A stretch of DNA of 64,000 bases from Polyangiaceae bacterium. GTDB taxonomy: Bacteria; Myxococcota_A; Polyangia; Polyangiales; Polyangiaceae. Below are positions 42,334 through 51,650 of the stretch, one piece after another. The notes under the pieces were generated by a model. That model was not told where the DNA came from, made no database searches, and worked only from the letters and a program-made list of their open reading frames with translations. The stretch is taken from NCBI GenBank assembly GCA_044376115.1, contig JBILLK010000024.1, positions 104,598 to 168,597 on the forward strand, written 5' to 3'. Both the position numbers and the translations under genes were made by a program. Within the stretch, counting starts at the first letter, position 1; every line of letters starts with the position of its first letter.

Positions 42334-43023
42334 TCAGATGCGGCGCGGCTTGCGCTGCAGGACTTCGCCCTTGAAGATCCAAACTTTGACGCCGATCTGA
42401 CCAACCTTGGTCCGGGCTTCGGCGAGGCCGAACTCGATGTCGGCGCGGAGAGTGTGCAGCGGAACCCGGCCCTCGCGGTAGGCTTCCACACGGCTCATTT
42501 CGGCCCCGCCGAGACGACCGGCGCAGCGTACGCGGATGCCCTTTGCACCAAACTTCATTGCGGTGCTAACCGCCTTCTTCATCGCCCGACGGAACGCGAT
42601 GCGGCGCTCGAGCTGGGTAGCGATGTTCTCGGCCACCAGTTGTGCGTTGGTCTCGGCCTTGCGGACCTCCTGCACGTCGATGAAGACCTCGTTATCAGTG
42701 AACTTCGCCACGCCGGGGAACACTTGCTCGCCCTTCTGCGCGGTGCCGACGTTACCCGACTTGAGGATCTCGATGCCCTTGCCGCCCTTGCCGATCACCA
42801 TGCCCGGACGGGCGGTGTAAACGATGACTTTGGCGCGGTTCGCCGCGCGCTCGATCTCGACGCCGGCGATGTTCGCGTTGTACAGGTACTGCTTAATCGC
42901 GCGCTTGATGCGGAGGTCCTGGTGCAGCCACTTGGTGTAGGCGCTACCGTCCTCGTACCACTTGCTGCTCCAAGTCTTGATGACCCCGACGCGGAAGCCT
43001 ACGGGATGTGTCTTTTGACCCAT
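42334..43023 (-). CDS. rpsC: 30S ribosomal protein uS3
   Basis: [39 protein letters not shown]. Confidence 0.98.
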   Translation of the reverse strand: MGQKTHPVGFRVGVIKTWSSKWYEDGSAYTKWLHQDLRIKRAIKQYLYNANIAGVEIERAANRAKVIVYTARPGMVIGKGGKGIEILKSGNVGTAQKGEQVFPGVAKFTDNEVFIDVQEVRKAETNAQLVAENIATQLERRIAFRRAMKKAVSTAMKFGAKGIRVRCAGRLGGAEMSRVEAYREGRVPLHTLRADIEFGLAEARTKVGQIGVKVWIFKGEVLQRKPRRI

Positions 43024-43049
43024 GTTCTCTTAACGTCCTCTCAACGAGC

Positions 43050-43388
43050 TCAGCTCTTGTGGTCCAGTTCGATGACGATGTGGCTCACGCCCTTGGTCAC
43101 GCGGGTTGCGCGGCCCATGGCACGCGGGCGCCAACGCCGCATGAAGCGGTTGGGGGCCTTGTCCACGGTGGCCTTCGAGATGAAGAGCCGATCAACGTCA
43201 GCGCCCTTTGCCTGGGCGTTCGCCACGGCGCTCTCAATGAGCTTCTTCACGACGGGTGCTGCAGCCTTGGGCGTGAACTGAAGGATCTGGATCGCCTCCG
43301 CCGCGTTCTTGCCGCGCACGAAGTTGATGATCATGCGTGCTTTGCGCGGAGCGATCCGCGAAAACATCGCACTGGCCTTGCTCTGCAT
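43050..43388 (-). CDS. rplV: 50S ribosomal protein uL22
   Basis: RIAPRKAR, SAVANA, RPRAMGRA..V.K..SHI; AGGAGA SD. Confidence 0.97.
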   Translation of the reverse strand: MQSKASAMFSRIAPRKARMIINFVRGKNAAEAIQILQFTPKAAAPVVKKLIESAVANAQAKGADVDRLFISKATVDKAPNRFMRRWRPRAMGRATRVTKGVSHIVIELDHKS

Positions 43389-43640
43389 GTCGACTCGTCT
43401 CCTGATTCCGCCGTGGTTTGAACCAGCGCGGATTTCCAATGTGGTGCGTAAAAACCTTCGTCGCCGAGCGTTAGCTCGACGTTTGCCAACAAGCGCGTTG
43501 CTTGCCGCGCCGTCGTACGTTTCGAGGTCTCAGCCTGACGAGTTTCCTCGAAGGGTCCCGATCGCGTCATCGGGGGGAGTCCCACGACGGCCGACAGGGC
43601 AAGCTGAGCTCGGAGCGCCGTAACGGCCCCAGAGCGGGAC
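43389..43640 (-). promoter_or_regulatory. structured 5' leader of the rplV operon (candidate ribosomal-protein leader RNA)
   Basis: Nested complementary helices 43500-506/43598-604, 43509-516/43584-591, 43521-527/43546-552, 43557-562/43569-574, plus hairpins 43462-481 and 43407-432. Confidence 0.55.
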
Positions 43641-43861
43641 TCGCCTCTTACCAACCTGTGGTGGTCCCGCAAATGAAAAAATGCTTTTGGTGATTGAAAT
43701 ATCGATTCCGGGACGGTGTTCAGCGTGATTGGGTCGCTGTCCCGTGGCCGCCTGTGCAGCCTTTGAGTGTGAGGAATTGTTTAGCTGGCGAATGTTGGCG
43801 TCGGGAGGTCGTCAGTCATGAAGTGAGCACGTTCGCTCGCTCTAACTTGCAGGAGGACTCG

Positions 43862-44605
43862 ATGTTTGCGCGATTCGGCTGGGTTGCGTTGGTCACTGCG
43901 GCAGCTTCAGGGTGCCAGTTTCAGTGGTCGAGCGGTTGGGAATCGGGGGTTGCCCACGACGCAAACGGTGGCTGCGCAGGCGAAACTGGGGTTGGTGGTG
44001 AGGCCGGTCTCAGCGGTGAAGGTGGTCTCGGCGGTGAAGGTGGTCTCGGCGGTGAAGGTGGTCTCGGCGGTGAAGGTGGCCTCGGCGGTGAAGGTGGTCT
44101 CGGCGGTGAAGGCGGCGGCGTGCAGTGTATTCCTGCTGAAGGGCTGAATCAGCCCGAGGCCATTTGCGACACGATGGATGTTTCTTACCTCACGACGTGC
44201 CCCAACACGATGACCGAGCCATTCGCTGTTTCGGCCTGCCACAAGGCGTTTGAACTCTATTCGGTGGGCGCACGAGAGGCCCTTCGTGAGTGTCTCGCAG
44301 AGGTCCCTGCGGACTTGGAGATCGCCTGCTACGACGACTCCGAATCGGCTGCATTCGCTTGTGTAGATGAGGTTTACGCGAACAGCTGCCCCAACCCGGA
44401 CAACGCGCTCTTCTGCTCTCATGCACGAGAGATCTGCGACGGAACTGGCGACCTTGGTTTCGACGAAGAGACGTGCGCGTTCGATCTCAATCCCTTTGGA
44501 TACGATGGGCTTCGTGCCTATTCGGACTGCTTCAACAACCCACCGGCAGACGTTCCGTGTGTCCACCTGCATGACTACTGCATCAACCTCATCGGCAGCT
44601 TCTAG
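43862..44605 (+). CDS. Cys-rich lipoprotein with GGEGGL repeats
   Basis: GGAGGA SD, AASGC lipobox, Gly-rich tandem linker, Cys-rich acidic domain. Confidence 0.8.
   Translation: MFARFGWVALVTAAASGCQFQWSSGWESGVAHDANGGCAGETGVGGEAGLSGEGGLGGEGGLGGEGGLGGEGGLGGEGGLGGEGGGVQCIPAEGLNQPEAICDTMDVSYLTTCPNTMTEPFAVSACHKAFELYSVGAREALRECLAEVPADLEIACYDDSESAAFACVDEVYANSCPNPDNALFCSHAREICDGTGDLGFDEETCAFDLNPFGYDGLRAYSDCFNNPPADVPCVHLHDYCINLIGSF
43994..44116 (+). repeat. 18-bp coding tandem repeat (GGCGGTGAAGGTGGTCTC), six full units and one partial
   Basis: Units start at 43994, 44012, 44030, 44048, 44066, 44084, 44102. Confidence 0.95.
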
Positions 44606-44715
44606 TTTGAGCCAATGGGTGTCCATGGAGCCATCGCACATGGTCCGACGAGAATCCCTCACAGGTGCAAAACGCCTTGCGCAGCTGGGCGTCGGCGTAG
44701 CAGACTCCGCCGCTC

Positions 44716-45624
44716 ATGCGGTACCTCCTCACCCAGCTCTCGCTCGTCGTGCTCGCTGCGAGTTCGGCTGGGTGCACATCAAAGGAGCTGCGCAGTGACA
44801 CCGCTGCGGCCGTTGCTACACGCGGTCACCGTGACGTCGTTATCTCGGTAACGGAGCCCGACCCGACCGTCTCGATGGCGCTCACACCGCTCGTGTTCAC
44901 CTCGGGCCCTTCATCGCTGTTTGTCGAGCGCAGCAGCGTGCGTTGCCCCGAGGGCATGGCGCTCGTTGCTGACAAAGTGTGCGTGGATCGTTGGGAGGCA
45001 ACACTCGCTCGCGTGGTGAAGGGCAAGCTCGAGGATTGGTCACCTTTTTACGCCGTTGATGGGGAAGAATCGGCAAGTTCGAACTTTCCGTTCGTGGCGC
45101 TGAGTCGCCCCGGCAAGCAACCGCAAGCGTACGTCAGTGGTCGGCAAGCCGAGCTCGCCTGCCGTGCATCAGGAAAACGGCTTTGCACCAGTGATGAGTG
45201 GGTACGGAGCTGCCGCGGGCCCAAGAACACGCAGTTTCCCTATGGCGCCGAGCGCCGAGCGAAGGTTTGCAACGACGACGTCCGCTCACGTCACCCGGTG
45301 ATTGAAGCCACCAATGGCGCCGGAATATTCGGTGACAAGGTTTGGCTCGACGGTATGAATCTGCCGCAAATCAACCAGCTGCCAGACACCCTCGCACTGA
45401 CCGGCTCACGCAAAGAGTGTGTTTCGGAAGAGGGAGTTCACGACATGGTTGGCAACCTGCATGAGTGGGTTGCGGACGCAGACGGCACGTTTCGAGGTGG
45501 TTTCTACATGGACACCACGCACAACGGGGATGGCTGCAGCTACAGGACAACCGCCCACGACTTCAACTATCACGACTATTCGACGGGCTTTCGTTGCTGC
45601 GCCGATGCGGAGACAGTCGAGTAA
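44716..45624 (+). CDS. FGE-sulfatase (SUMF1-like) domain lipoprotein
   Basis: SAGC lipobox, CPEGM, CVDRWEA, GKRLC..EW, DMVGNLHEW, TGFRCC. Confidence 0.88.
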   Translation: MRYLLTQLSLVVLAASSAGCTSKELRSDTAAAVATRGHRDVVISVTEPDPTVSMALTPLVFTSGPSSLFVERSSVRCPEGMALVADKVCVDRWEATLARVVKGKLEDWSPFYAVDGEESASSNFPFVALSRPGKQPQAYVSGRQAELACRASGKRLCTSDEWVRSCRGPKNTQFPYGAERRAKVCNDDVRSRHPVIEATNGAGIFGDKVWLDGMNLPQINQLPDTLALTGSRKECVSEEGVHDMVGNLHEWVADADGTFRGGFYMDTTHNGDGCSYRTTAHDFNYHDYSTGFRCCADAETVE

Positions 45625-45675
45625 GCGGACCGCTTGTTGGAGCCGACTATCCGGGTTGCTGGATACCTCTCGTTA

Positions 45676-47085
45676 ATGAGAGACTCGCGCAAAGCCGTGC
45701 GTAGATTGTTGCCGCTCCTCATCGTTCTTTCGTCGTGTAGCGGAAAAAAAGAAGAACCGCCGCCAATCAACCCGCCGTCTTTGCCCGGCAACACCTCCTC
45801 GAGCGAGATCGGCACGAAGATTGGCAACGGCCGCGTGGTCAACCTTGTCGGCGTGGACGTCTCGAGCGCGACCAACTGGACCAGGGTCTACCCGCTCGAT
45901 CGACAACGTGTGGTGATGGCTGGCGACGTCGGTGGAGAGGCCTTTGCGCTGGTTTCCAACGACCGCGGGGTCTCTTGGACTGCGCAACAAACCAAGAGTG
46001 ACGGCATCACGACCTGGTCGGTTGGCGCTGACGGAACGTTGGTCATGGGCATCGCCAAAAGGCAGATCCCGAAGAAAACACCGCCTGCAGGGACCATTCT
46101 GCCGATCGATACGCTGACGTATGTGTTCGCTGCGCCCGGCCAGAAGCTGACTGCGCCGTCGCCGCTCCTAGCGCCTGATCCGGAGGGGAAGAAGGAGCTG
46201 CCGATGGTGCCACGTGGCAACGGAATGGCAGCGGTGCTTGGGCCCAGTTTGGCGTCGGTGGTGGTCGAAACGAAGCCCAAGAGCTTCGCGGTCGCGTTCG
46301 CGGTTGGGCCGAACGAGGACCTGCCACAAATGATCGAGCTACCGAAGGACGAGATCCCCGTGAACGCGTCCTTTGGTCATCCCCCTGCCCTGCTGACGAT
46401 GAACGGCAAGCAGCTACTGAAGCGCCCTTGGCCGAAGCCTGGAGAGGCTTTGGCAGCAGCCGTTCCGGTCGACAAAGTCGGCATCACCAAGACGCTTGCA
46501 GACGAGTTATCGCAAGGCCCTGAGTGCGAGTGGGGCGCGTGGAGCTTCAGGCGGGTGATGCAGCGGGACCGCGTTTACATCCTTGGCGTCTCCCCCGACA
46601 AAACGGCCTTCTTCGAGGTACCGCAGACCACCGTCAGCAGCTCCCCTTTGGCCTGCACGGCCGATCGCATCGCGGTGGAAGCGATCAACCCCGAGCGGCT
46701 TCCGACGATTGTCACCTGCGCGCTCGACGGGAACTGCACCCTGCCCGAAAACCGACCGTTCTTGAAACCGTGGCCGGAGCAGCACGAGCGCAAACTGCAC
46801 ACCTCCCTCACGCAGAACGGCGTGATCGCCGTTCAAGGCCTGAAGAACAAAGGGAAGTGGTCGTTGTTCATTTCGGAATCGGTGGATGGCGGCAAGCTCT
46901 TCAATCTGCAGCGCACCGTCGGTGAAGGGGTTGGCAACTCCGAAGACGGCTACGACGTGGGCTCGCTCATCTCCTTCGGTGATCGCACGGTGATGCTCAT
47001 GTCCGCCAAGATCAGCAAGACCACGAGGCGCAGCTGGTTCGCGCTCGCGTCGGATGACGGTGGCTCAACGTGGTCCTACCCGTGA
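45676..47085 (+). CDS. lipoprotein with Asp-box (BNR)-like motifs
   Basis: LSSC lipobox; SNDRGVSW, SVDGGKLF, SDDGGSTW. Confidence 0.8.
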   Translation: MRDSRKAVRRLLPLLIVLSSCSGKKEEPPPINPPSLPGNTSSSEIGTKIGNGRVVNLVGVDVSSATNWTRVYPLDRQRVVMAGDVGGEAFALVSNDRGVSWTAQQTKSDGITTWSVGADGTLVMGIAKRQIPKKTPPAGTILPIDTLTYVFAAPGQKLTAPSPLLAPDPEGKKELPMVPRGNGMAAVLGPSLASVVVETKPKSFAVAFAVGPNEDLPQMIELPKDEIPVNASFGHPPALLTMNGKQLLKRPWPKPGEALAAAVPVDKVGITKTLADELSQGPECEWGAWSFRRVMQRDRVYILGVSPDKTAFFEVPQTTVSSSPLACTADRIAVEAINPERLPTIVTCALDGNCTLPENRPFLKPWPEQHERKLHTSLTQNGVIAVQGLKNKGKWSLFISESVDGGKLFNLQRTVGEGVGNSEDGYDVGSLISFGDRTVMLMSAKISKTTRRSWFALASDDGGSTWSYP

Positions 47086-47645
47086 AGCCGTTCCAACTGC
47101 TGCTCGTTTGCGCGCTAATCGGCTGCGAAGGCGGCTCGAGTTCGGGCGCGACCTCCGCGCCGCCGGCTTCCGCCGCGCCTTCCGCGCGCGCCAGTACGTC
47201 AACGACGAGTTCGGCGCCCGCAGCTGCAAGCAGCGCAAAGCCGAAAGCGCCTGCTGAAGCGCCGACCGTGGTCGGAGAATGGCGCGGGCCGTTTCAGGCC
47301 GAGCTTGCCCGAGTCACGCTTGATCCGGGCGTGGGGGATGCGACGTGGGCGAAAGACAAGGGAACCGACGCTGTTGGTAAAGGGCAGCTCGAATTGACGG
47401 TTGCGAACGATGGTCAGGTGCGAGGCAAGCTGACGGGCGCGCTAGGCGAGCTGACCTTCGTTGGGGTGGCGGAGGGAGCGCTCGTCCACGGAACCTTCAG
47501 CGCCGAAAAGCCGGAGCCCGCAAGCATGAGCGGGACGATCGAACTCGCGCTCACGGGAGAGGCGCTCGGTGGGGAACTGAGGGCTTCCTCTGGCGACGCC
47601 AAGCTGGTGCGGCGAGCGACCCTCACGCTCAAGCGCGCCAAGTGA
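47082..47645 (+). CDS. putative lipoprotein
   Basis: GTGA overlap with the upstream gene, LIGC lipobox, Ser/Ala/Pro linker, small beta domain. Confidence 0.75.
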   Translation: MKPFQLLLVCALIGCEGGSSSGATSAPPASAAPSARASTSTTSSAPAAASSAKPKAPAEAPTVVGEWRGPFQAELARVTLDPGVGDATWAKDKGTDAVGKGQLELTVANDGQVRGKLTGALGELTFVGVAEGALVHGTFSAEKPEPASMSGTIELALTGEALGGELRASSGDAKLVRRATLTLKRAK

Positions 47646-47655
47646 CGCTTACTCG

Positions 47656-49617
47656 CTAGCTGCGCGATGAGCGCGGGGACTCTGGCAGCTCTTCCCAGAT
47701 GCGCGCACCGATAAACACCTCGAGCAGGTCAGCGTCGATGTGGTGGTCCTTCACTTCGAGTTTCAGGATGTCGAGCGCCTTCACGAGTGGAACGGCCTTC
47801 TTGTAAGGCCGATCCGAGGCCGTGAGTGCGTCGAAGATGTCGGTGATGCTCATCATCTTTGACTGCACCGGGATCTCCTCGGCGCGCAGCCGGTTGGGGT
47901 AGCCGGTGCCGTTCAGCCGTTCGTGATGCGCCCCGGCAATTTGGGCGACGCGACGGAACTGCTTACCCCACGGGATCTGGCTTAGGAAGTCGAAGGTGTG
48001 CGTCACATGACTTCGAATCTCGTCGATCTCGGAGGGCGTGAGCGAGCCACGGGTAACGCTCAAGCTCTTGACCTCGCCCACGGTCAGCAGCGGGCAACAA
48101 TCGCCGCGCACGGTCGTGTACGTCTCGCGAGCGATCGACTCGATTCGTGCGAAATCACCGCCCTTGAGCACGGTCGGTTCGTTGGACGCGAGAATGGCGT
48201 CGAACGCCGATTCGATCTCAGCGGTGCGAAGGGCGAGCTCCTCGTCGAGGAAGGCAACATCGGCCGGCCCGCCGCCGCGCTCGATGATGTGGAGCTTGCG
48301 TCGCAAAACGTCGGCCTCGGTGCTGCGAATAGCAAAGTCGAAGCGCATCCGAATCGCCTCGAGTTCATGCGCAAAGAGCTTCTTGGCCTTGACCAACACC
48401 TCCTCACGAACACCAATTTTGCCGAAGTCGTGAAGCAGCGAGGCGTACTCGAGCTCGCGGAGATCATCGCGCGTGAAGCGCAAGCCTTGATAGGGCCCGC
48501 GGTCCACGCGTTCCACAGCCCGGGCCAGCCCCACGGTCAGATCCGCCACGCGTCGCGAGTGACCGCTGGTGGTTGGATCACGCTGCTCGATCGCCTCGAC
48601 ACTCGCCCGCACGAAGCCCTCGAGCATGCGGTTGATCTCGGCATAAAGGATGGCATTCTCGAGCGCGATCCCGGCTTGGGAGGCCAGCGTCATCAGCAGC
48701 TCTTCACTGCGCTCGTCGAACGATAGGACCTGACTGTCGACGTCCGCCGGTGAAAGCAACTTACGCTCGACGTCGCGCTTCTTGTTGATCAGCTGAATCA
48801 CGCCGATCACATCACCAGCCCGCGAGAGCAACGGCGCACAGAGCATGCTCTTGGTGCGGTAGCCGATCTTGGCATCGAAGCTCGGGTCGAACGAATAGGG
48901 CGATTTGGGCGGCAGATCGTAGACGTCTGCGATGTTGAGGCTCGAGCGATGGAGCGCTACGTAGCCCGACATACTGCGAGCGCTCACCGGCACGCTGAAC
49001 TCGCGCCAGTCGAACAGAACCGACTCGTTTTGGGTGAGCTTGAAGCGCAACGAGCGTCGCAGTGGATCAGGGTCGTCGCCCTCGACGACGTAGAGACTGC
49101 CTGCGTCCGCGCCAGTGATGAAGCGGCTCTTCTCCAGGATCAGCCCGAGCAGCTTGTCGATCTCTCGCTCGGTCGAGATAGCCCGCGCGATCTCGATCAG
49201 CTCCCCGAGTTCATAGCGGTAGCGACTCAGCCAGCGACCTCGGTTTTCGGCACGCAGACGCGCGTCGATCAGCTCGAAGGCGCCAGCTACCGCGACAAAG
49301 AGCTCGTCGCTCGAGGGCTCCCGATCGAGCAGGGATGCGACGCCGCGCTCGACCGCGCCAGCGAGGTCCGGGTCATTGGGCTTCCCAAAAAGCAGCAGCG
49401 CAGCCGTTCCGTCTGCGAGCTTGGCAGCGAAAGGACGCAGCAGTTTGCGGTGATAATCCCAAAGCTCGCCGGGCCCGAGGATCACCACCGAGTTGTCACG
49501 TCGAACCCCAATCAACAGTGGGTGTGGACGAACGATCACCCGGGTGGAGAGGCGTGGATCGGCGCGCAGCTGCTCGAAGAGAGCATCGACGCGTTGCAGT
49601 GGCTGGGTTCGGCTCAA
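47656..49617 (-). CDS. GAF and HD-GYP domain cyclic-dinucleotide phosphodiesterase
   Basis: GAF (GYRTKSMLCAPL, LINK), TSGHSRRV, LLHDFGKIG, HHERLNGTGYP, DIFDALT.DRPYK. Confidence 0.93.
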   Translation of the reverse strand: MSRTQPLQRVDALFEQLRADPRLSTRVIVRPHPLLIGVRRDNSVVILGPGELWDYHRKLLRPFAAKLADGTAALLLFGKPNDPDLAGAVERGVASLLDREPSSDELFVAVAGAFELIDARLRAENRGRWLSRYRYELGELIEIARAISTEREIDKLLGLILEKSRFITGADAGSLYVVEGDDPDPLRRSLRFKLTQNESVLFDWREFSVPVSARSMSGYVALHRSSLNIADVYDLPPKSPYSFDPSFDAKIGYRTKSMLCAPLLSRAGDVIGVIQLINKKRDVERKLLSPADVDSQVLSFDERSEELLMTLASQAGIALENAILYAEINRMLEGFVRASVEAIEQRDPTTSGHSRRVADLTVGLARAVERVDRGPYQGLRFTRDDLRELEYASLLHDFGKIGVREEVLVKAKKLFAHELEAIRMRFDFAIRSTEADVLRRKLHIIERGGGPADVAFLDEELALRTAEIESAFDAILASNEPTVLKGGDFARIESIARETYTTVRGDCCPLLTVGEVKSLSVTRGSLTPSEIDEIRSHVTHTFDFLSQIPWGKQFRRVAQIAGAHHERLNGTGYPNRLRAEEIPVQSKMMSITDIFDALTASDRPYKKAVPLVKALDILKLEVKDHHIDADLLEVFIGARIWEELPESPRSSRS

Positions 49618-49861
49618 GGGGTTTCCTGGGAATTTAGACGGACCCTACCATTCATGTCGAACAGCATAACCCGCTGCCGCGCCAGCTTCGCAAAGCAACG
49701 ATGCCGGTCGAGAACCAGGACTTGGCCGGAAACTCTCGCTTGACGATGAAAGCGCTGGGTGCGAGCGTCGCTACCGAACCTAGACGAAGTTGCCAGTTCC
49801 GCCACTCCGGCGTCGGGGCGCGAGCGCCTGGCAATTCCCACACCCGCGAGCGTACGAGACA

Positions 49862-51604
49862 ATGAGGGCACAAGGTGTTGTTCGATTCGCCAGGCAAACC
49901 TCGCGAATTCTCCCGGTGATCTCGTCGCTTACTTGGACGGGTCTAGCCAGCGCGCAGCCTGCACAAGACGTACCGCAGCTGCCCGAGCCCGCAGCGAGCG
50001 AGCGCAAGGCCCAGCCGGCGCCGCCTTCGTCTCCACCAGCGCAGCCGACCGACGGTTCAAGCGCGCTCAGCGTGCCGGAGACGCCTCCTTCCCCGACCGT
50101 TCAAGCGCCGACCGCCGCGGTGATTCCCCCGCCCCTGCCGCGCACGTTTCCGGATGAGGCGTCGCTGGCACTTCGCGATCCGAGCAGCGGCGAAGCCGTC
50201 GCTGGGTGGCACAACTTCTTCTTCATTCGCGACCCTGACGGCAACTTCCGCATTTCACCCACCGGCGACGTTCAGCTCGACTTCCATGCCTGGGCCGGAA
50301 CCGGTGTGAACGGAGACTCTCCGGCAAACGGCGGGGCTGGCCTTTACCCACGTTTCTTTATGCGTCGCTTTCGCGTGGGCATGCACGGTGAGTTGCTCAA
50401 ACGCTGGTCGTTCTTGGGCACCTTTGATCTGAGCCTCGGCGTGTCGAACGGCTCGATCGAGGAGCAGACCGCCGCCCAACCGAGCGCGGAACCTAGCTAT
50501 TCGCGCTTTCGGCCGGTGCAAGCGCTCGACGCGCCAACAGGGCTTCGGGACCTTTGGGTCAACTACTCACTGTGCCCTTGTTTGAATCTGCAACTCGGTC
50601 AGTTCCAGCCGCCCGTAACGCTCGAAAACCGCACCGCCGACGGCTCCACGCCGCTCATGGAACGCAGCCTCGCGACCCGTTCGTTCGTGGTTCCCGGCCA
50701 ACGCGAGACGGGCCTGCAGCTGTGGGGCGATCTCGGGGACGACATGTTCAGCTACGAGATCGCTGTGCTCGGGGGCGACGGCCAAAATCGAGCGACGGTC
50801 GACACCTACCCCGACGTGGCTGGGCGCTTGCTCGTTGCACCGTTCAAGAGCAGCAAGCTGGCGAAGGACATCCGCTTTGGGGTGTCAGGGCGGCACGGCG
50901 AACGCGACCAAGCGGCTGTCGCGTATGACGTCTTTCCGTTCATGTCGGGCCAGGGCTTTGCGCTTTGGGACTCGAGCTATCAGGACAGCGCCGGGAACCG
51001 CGTTCACATCATTCCGTCAGGCGCGCAAAACACCATCGGAGGCGAGGCCTACGTCCCGGTCGGTCCGGTCGATATTGTCGCTCAAGCTTATTACAACGCG
51101 TACAACACCCGCGAAGCGCTCGAGGGCTTCCAACTGACCAACACCGAACGCTTGGGGTCGTTGAACGGGCTGGGACTCACCTCGTGGGTGACCTGGTGGG
51201 CCTTCGGTGATGAACGCATTGGCGCGGCGACTGGGCGCTTGAAGCCGCACAAGCTCAACCTGAAAAAGAAGGCGGAACTCAAGCGTGGGCTCGAGCTATC
51301 GGCGCTCTTCTCCGCCATCATCGCCTCCTACGACGGAAACTCTCGCGGCGGCGAGGATGACGCTAGCACCCCAGGATCGTTGGGAACCCCCGCGACATCC
51401 ATCAACGTCTATCAAGCCGCAGCCAGCGTCAGCTACTGGCACACGCGCGGTGTTCGCATCGCCTTCAACTACTCCGCCTACCTGACGCCTGGCAGCGGCA
51501 GTGACGACAACCTCGCGAGCGTTCCGGGCAATCTCTCAGAGACGCCTGACAACAGCGCGCACCTGCTCCACGAGTTCGGATCACGCCTACAGCTCGCCTA
51601 CTGA
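49862..51604 (+). CDS. outer-membrane porin, phosphate-selective OprO/P-like
   Basis: Signal peptide and Pro-rich N-terminus, RRFRVG..G, DLWVNY, GQF..P..LE, MERS; C-terminal RLQLAY. Confidence 0.75.
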   Translation: MRAQGVVRFARQTSRILPVISSLTWTGLASAQPAQDVPQLPEPAASERKAQPAPPSSPPAQPTDGSSALSVPETPPSPTVQAPTAAVIPPPLPRTFPDEASLALRDPSSGEAVAGWHNFFFIRDPDGNFRISPTGDVQLDFHAWAGTGVNGDSPANGGAGLYPRFFMRRFRVGMHGELLKRWSFLGTFDLSLGVSNGSIEEQTAAQPSAEPSYSRFRPVQALDAPTGLRDLWVNYSLCPCLNLQLGQFQPPVTLENRTADGSTPLMERSLATRSFVVPGQRETGLQLWGDLGDDMFSYEIAVLGGDGQNRATVDTYPDVAGRLLVAPFKSSKLAKDIRFGVSGRHGERDQAAVAYDVFPFMSGQGFALWDSSYQDSAGNRVHIIPSGAQNTIGGEAYVPVGPVDIVAQAYYNAYNTREALEGFQLTNTERLGSLNGLGLTSWVTWWAFGDERIGAATGRLKPHKLNLKKKAELKRGLELSALFSAIIASYDGNSRGGEDDASTPGSLGTPATSINVYQAAASVSYWHTRGVRIAFNYSAYLTPGSGSDDNLASVPGNLSETPDNSAHLLHEFGSRLQLAY

Positions 51605-51650
51605 GGGCGGGAACTTGGCCCCACACTAAGGGCCTTGCTACGCGCCACCC

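Noticed and set aside
43331..43570. Minus-strand ORF starting MTRSGPF as a possible rpsS (uS19) remnant upstream of rplV
   Set aside because: Similarity is limited to RS..GPF; it lacks TWSR, HNG and GHKLGEF; the region is better explained as a structured leader
9228..45624. Two FGE/C-lectin-fold genes (9228-10658 and 44716-45624) as diversity-generating retroelement targets
   Set aside because: No reverse transcriptase in the window and no template-repeat copy of either 3' end noticed
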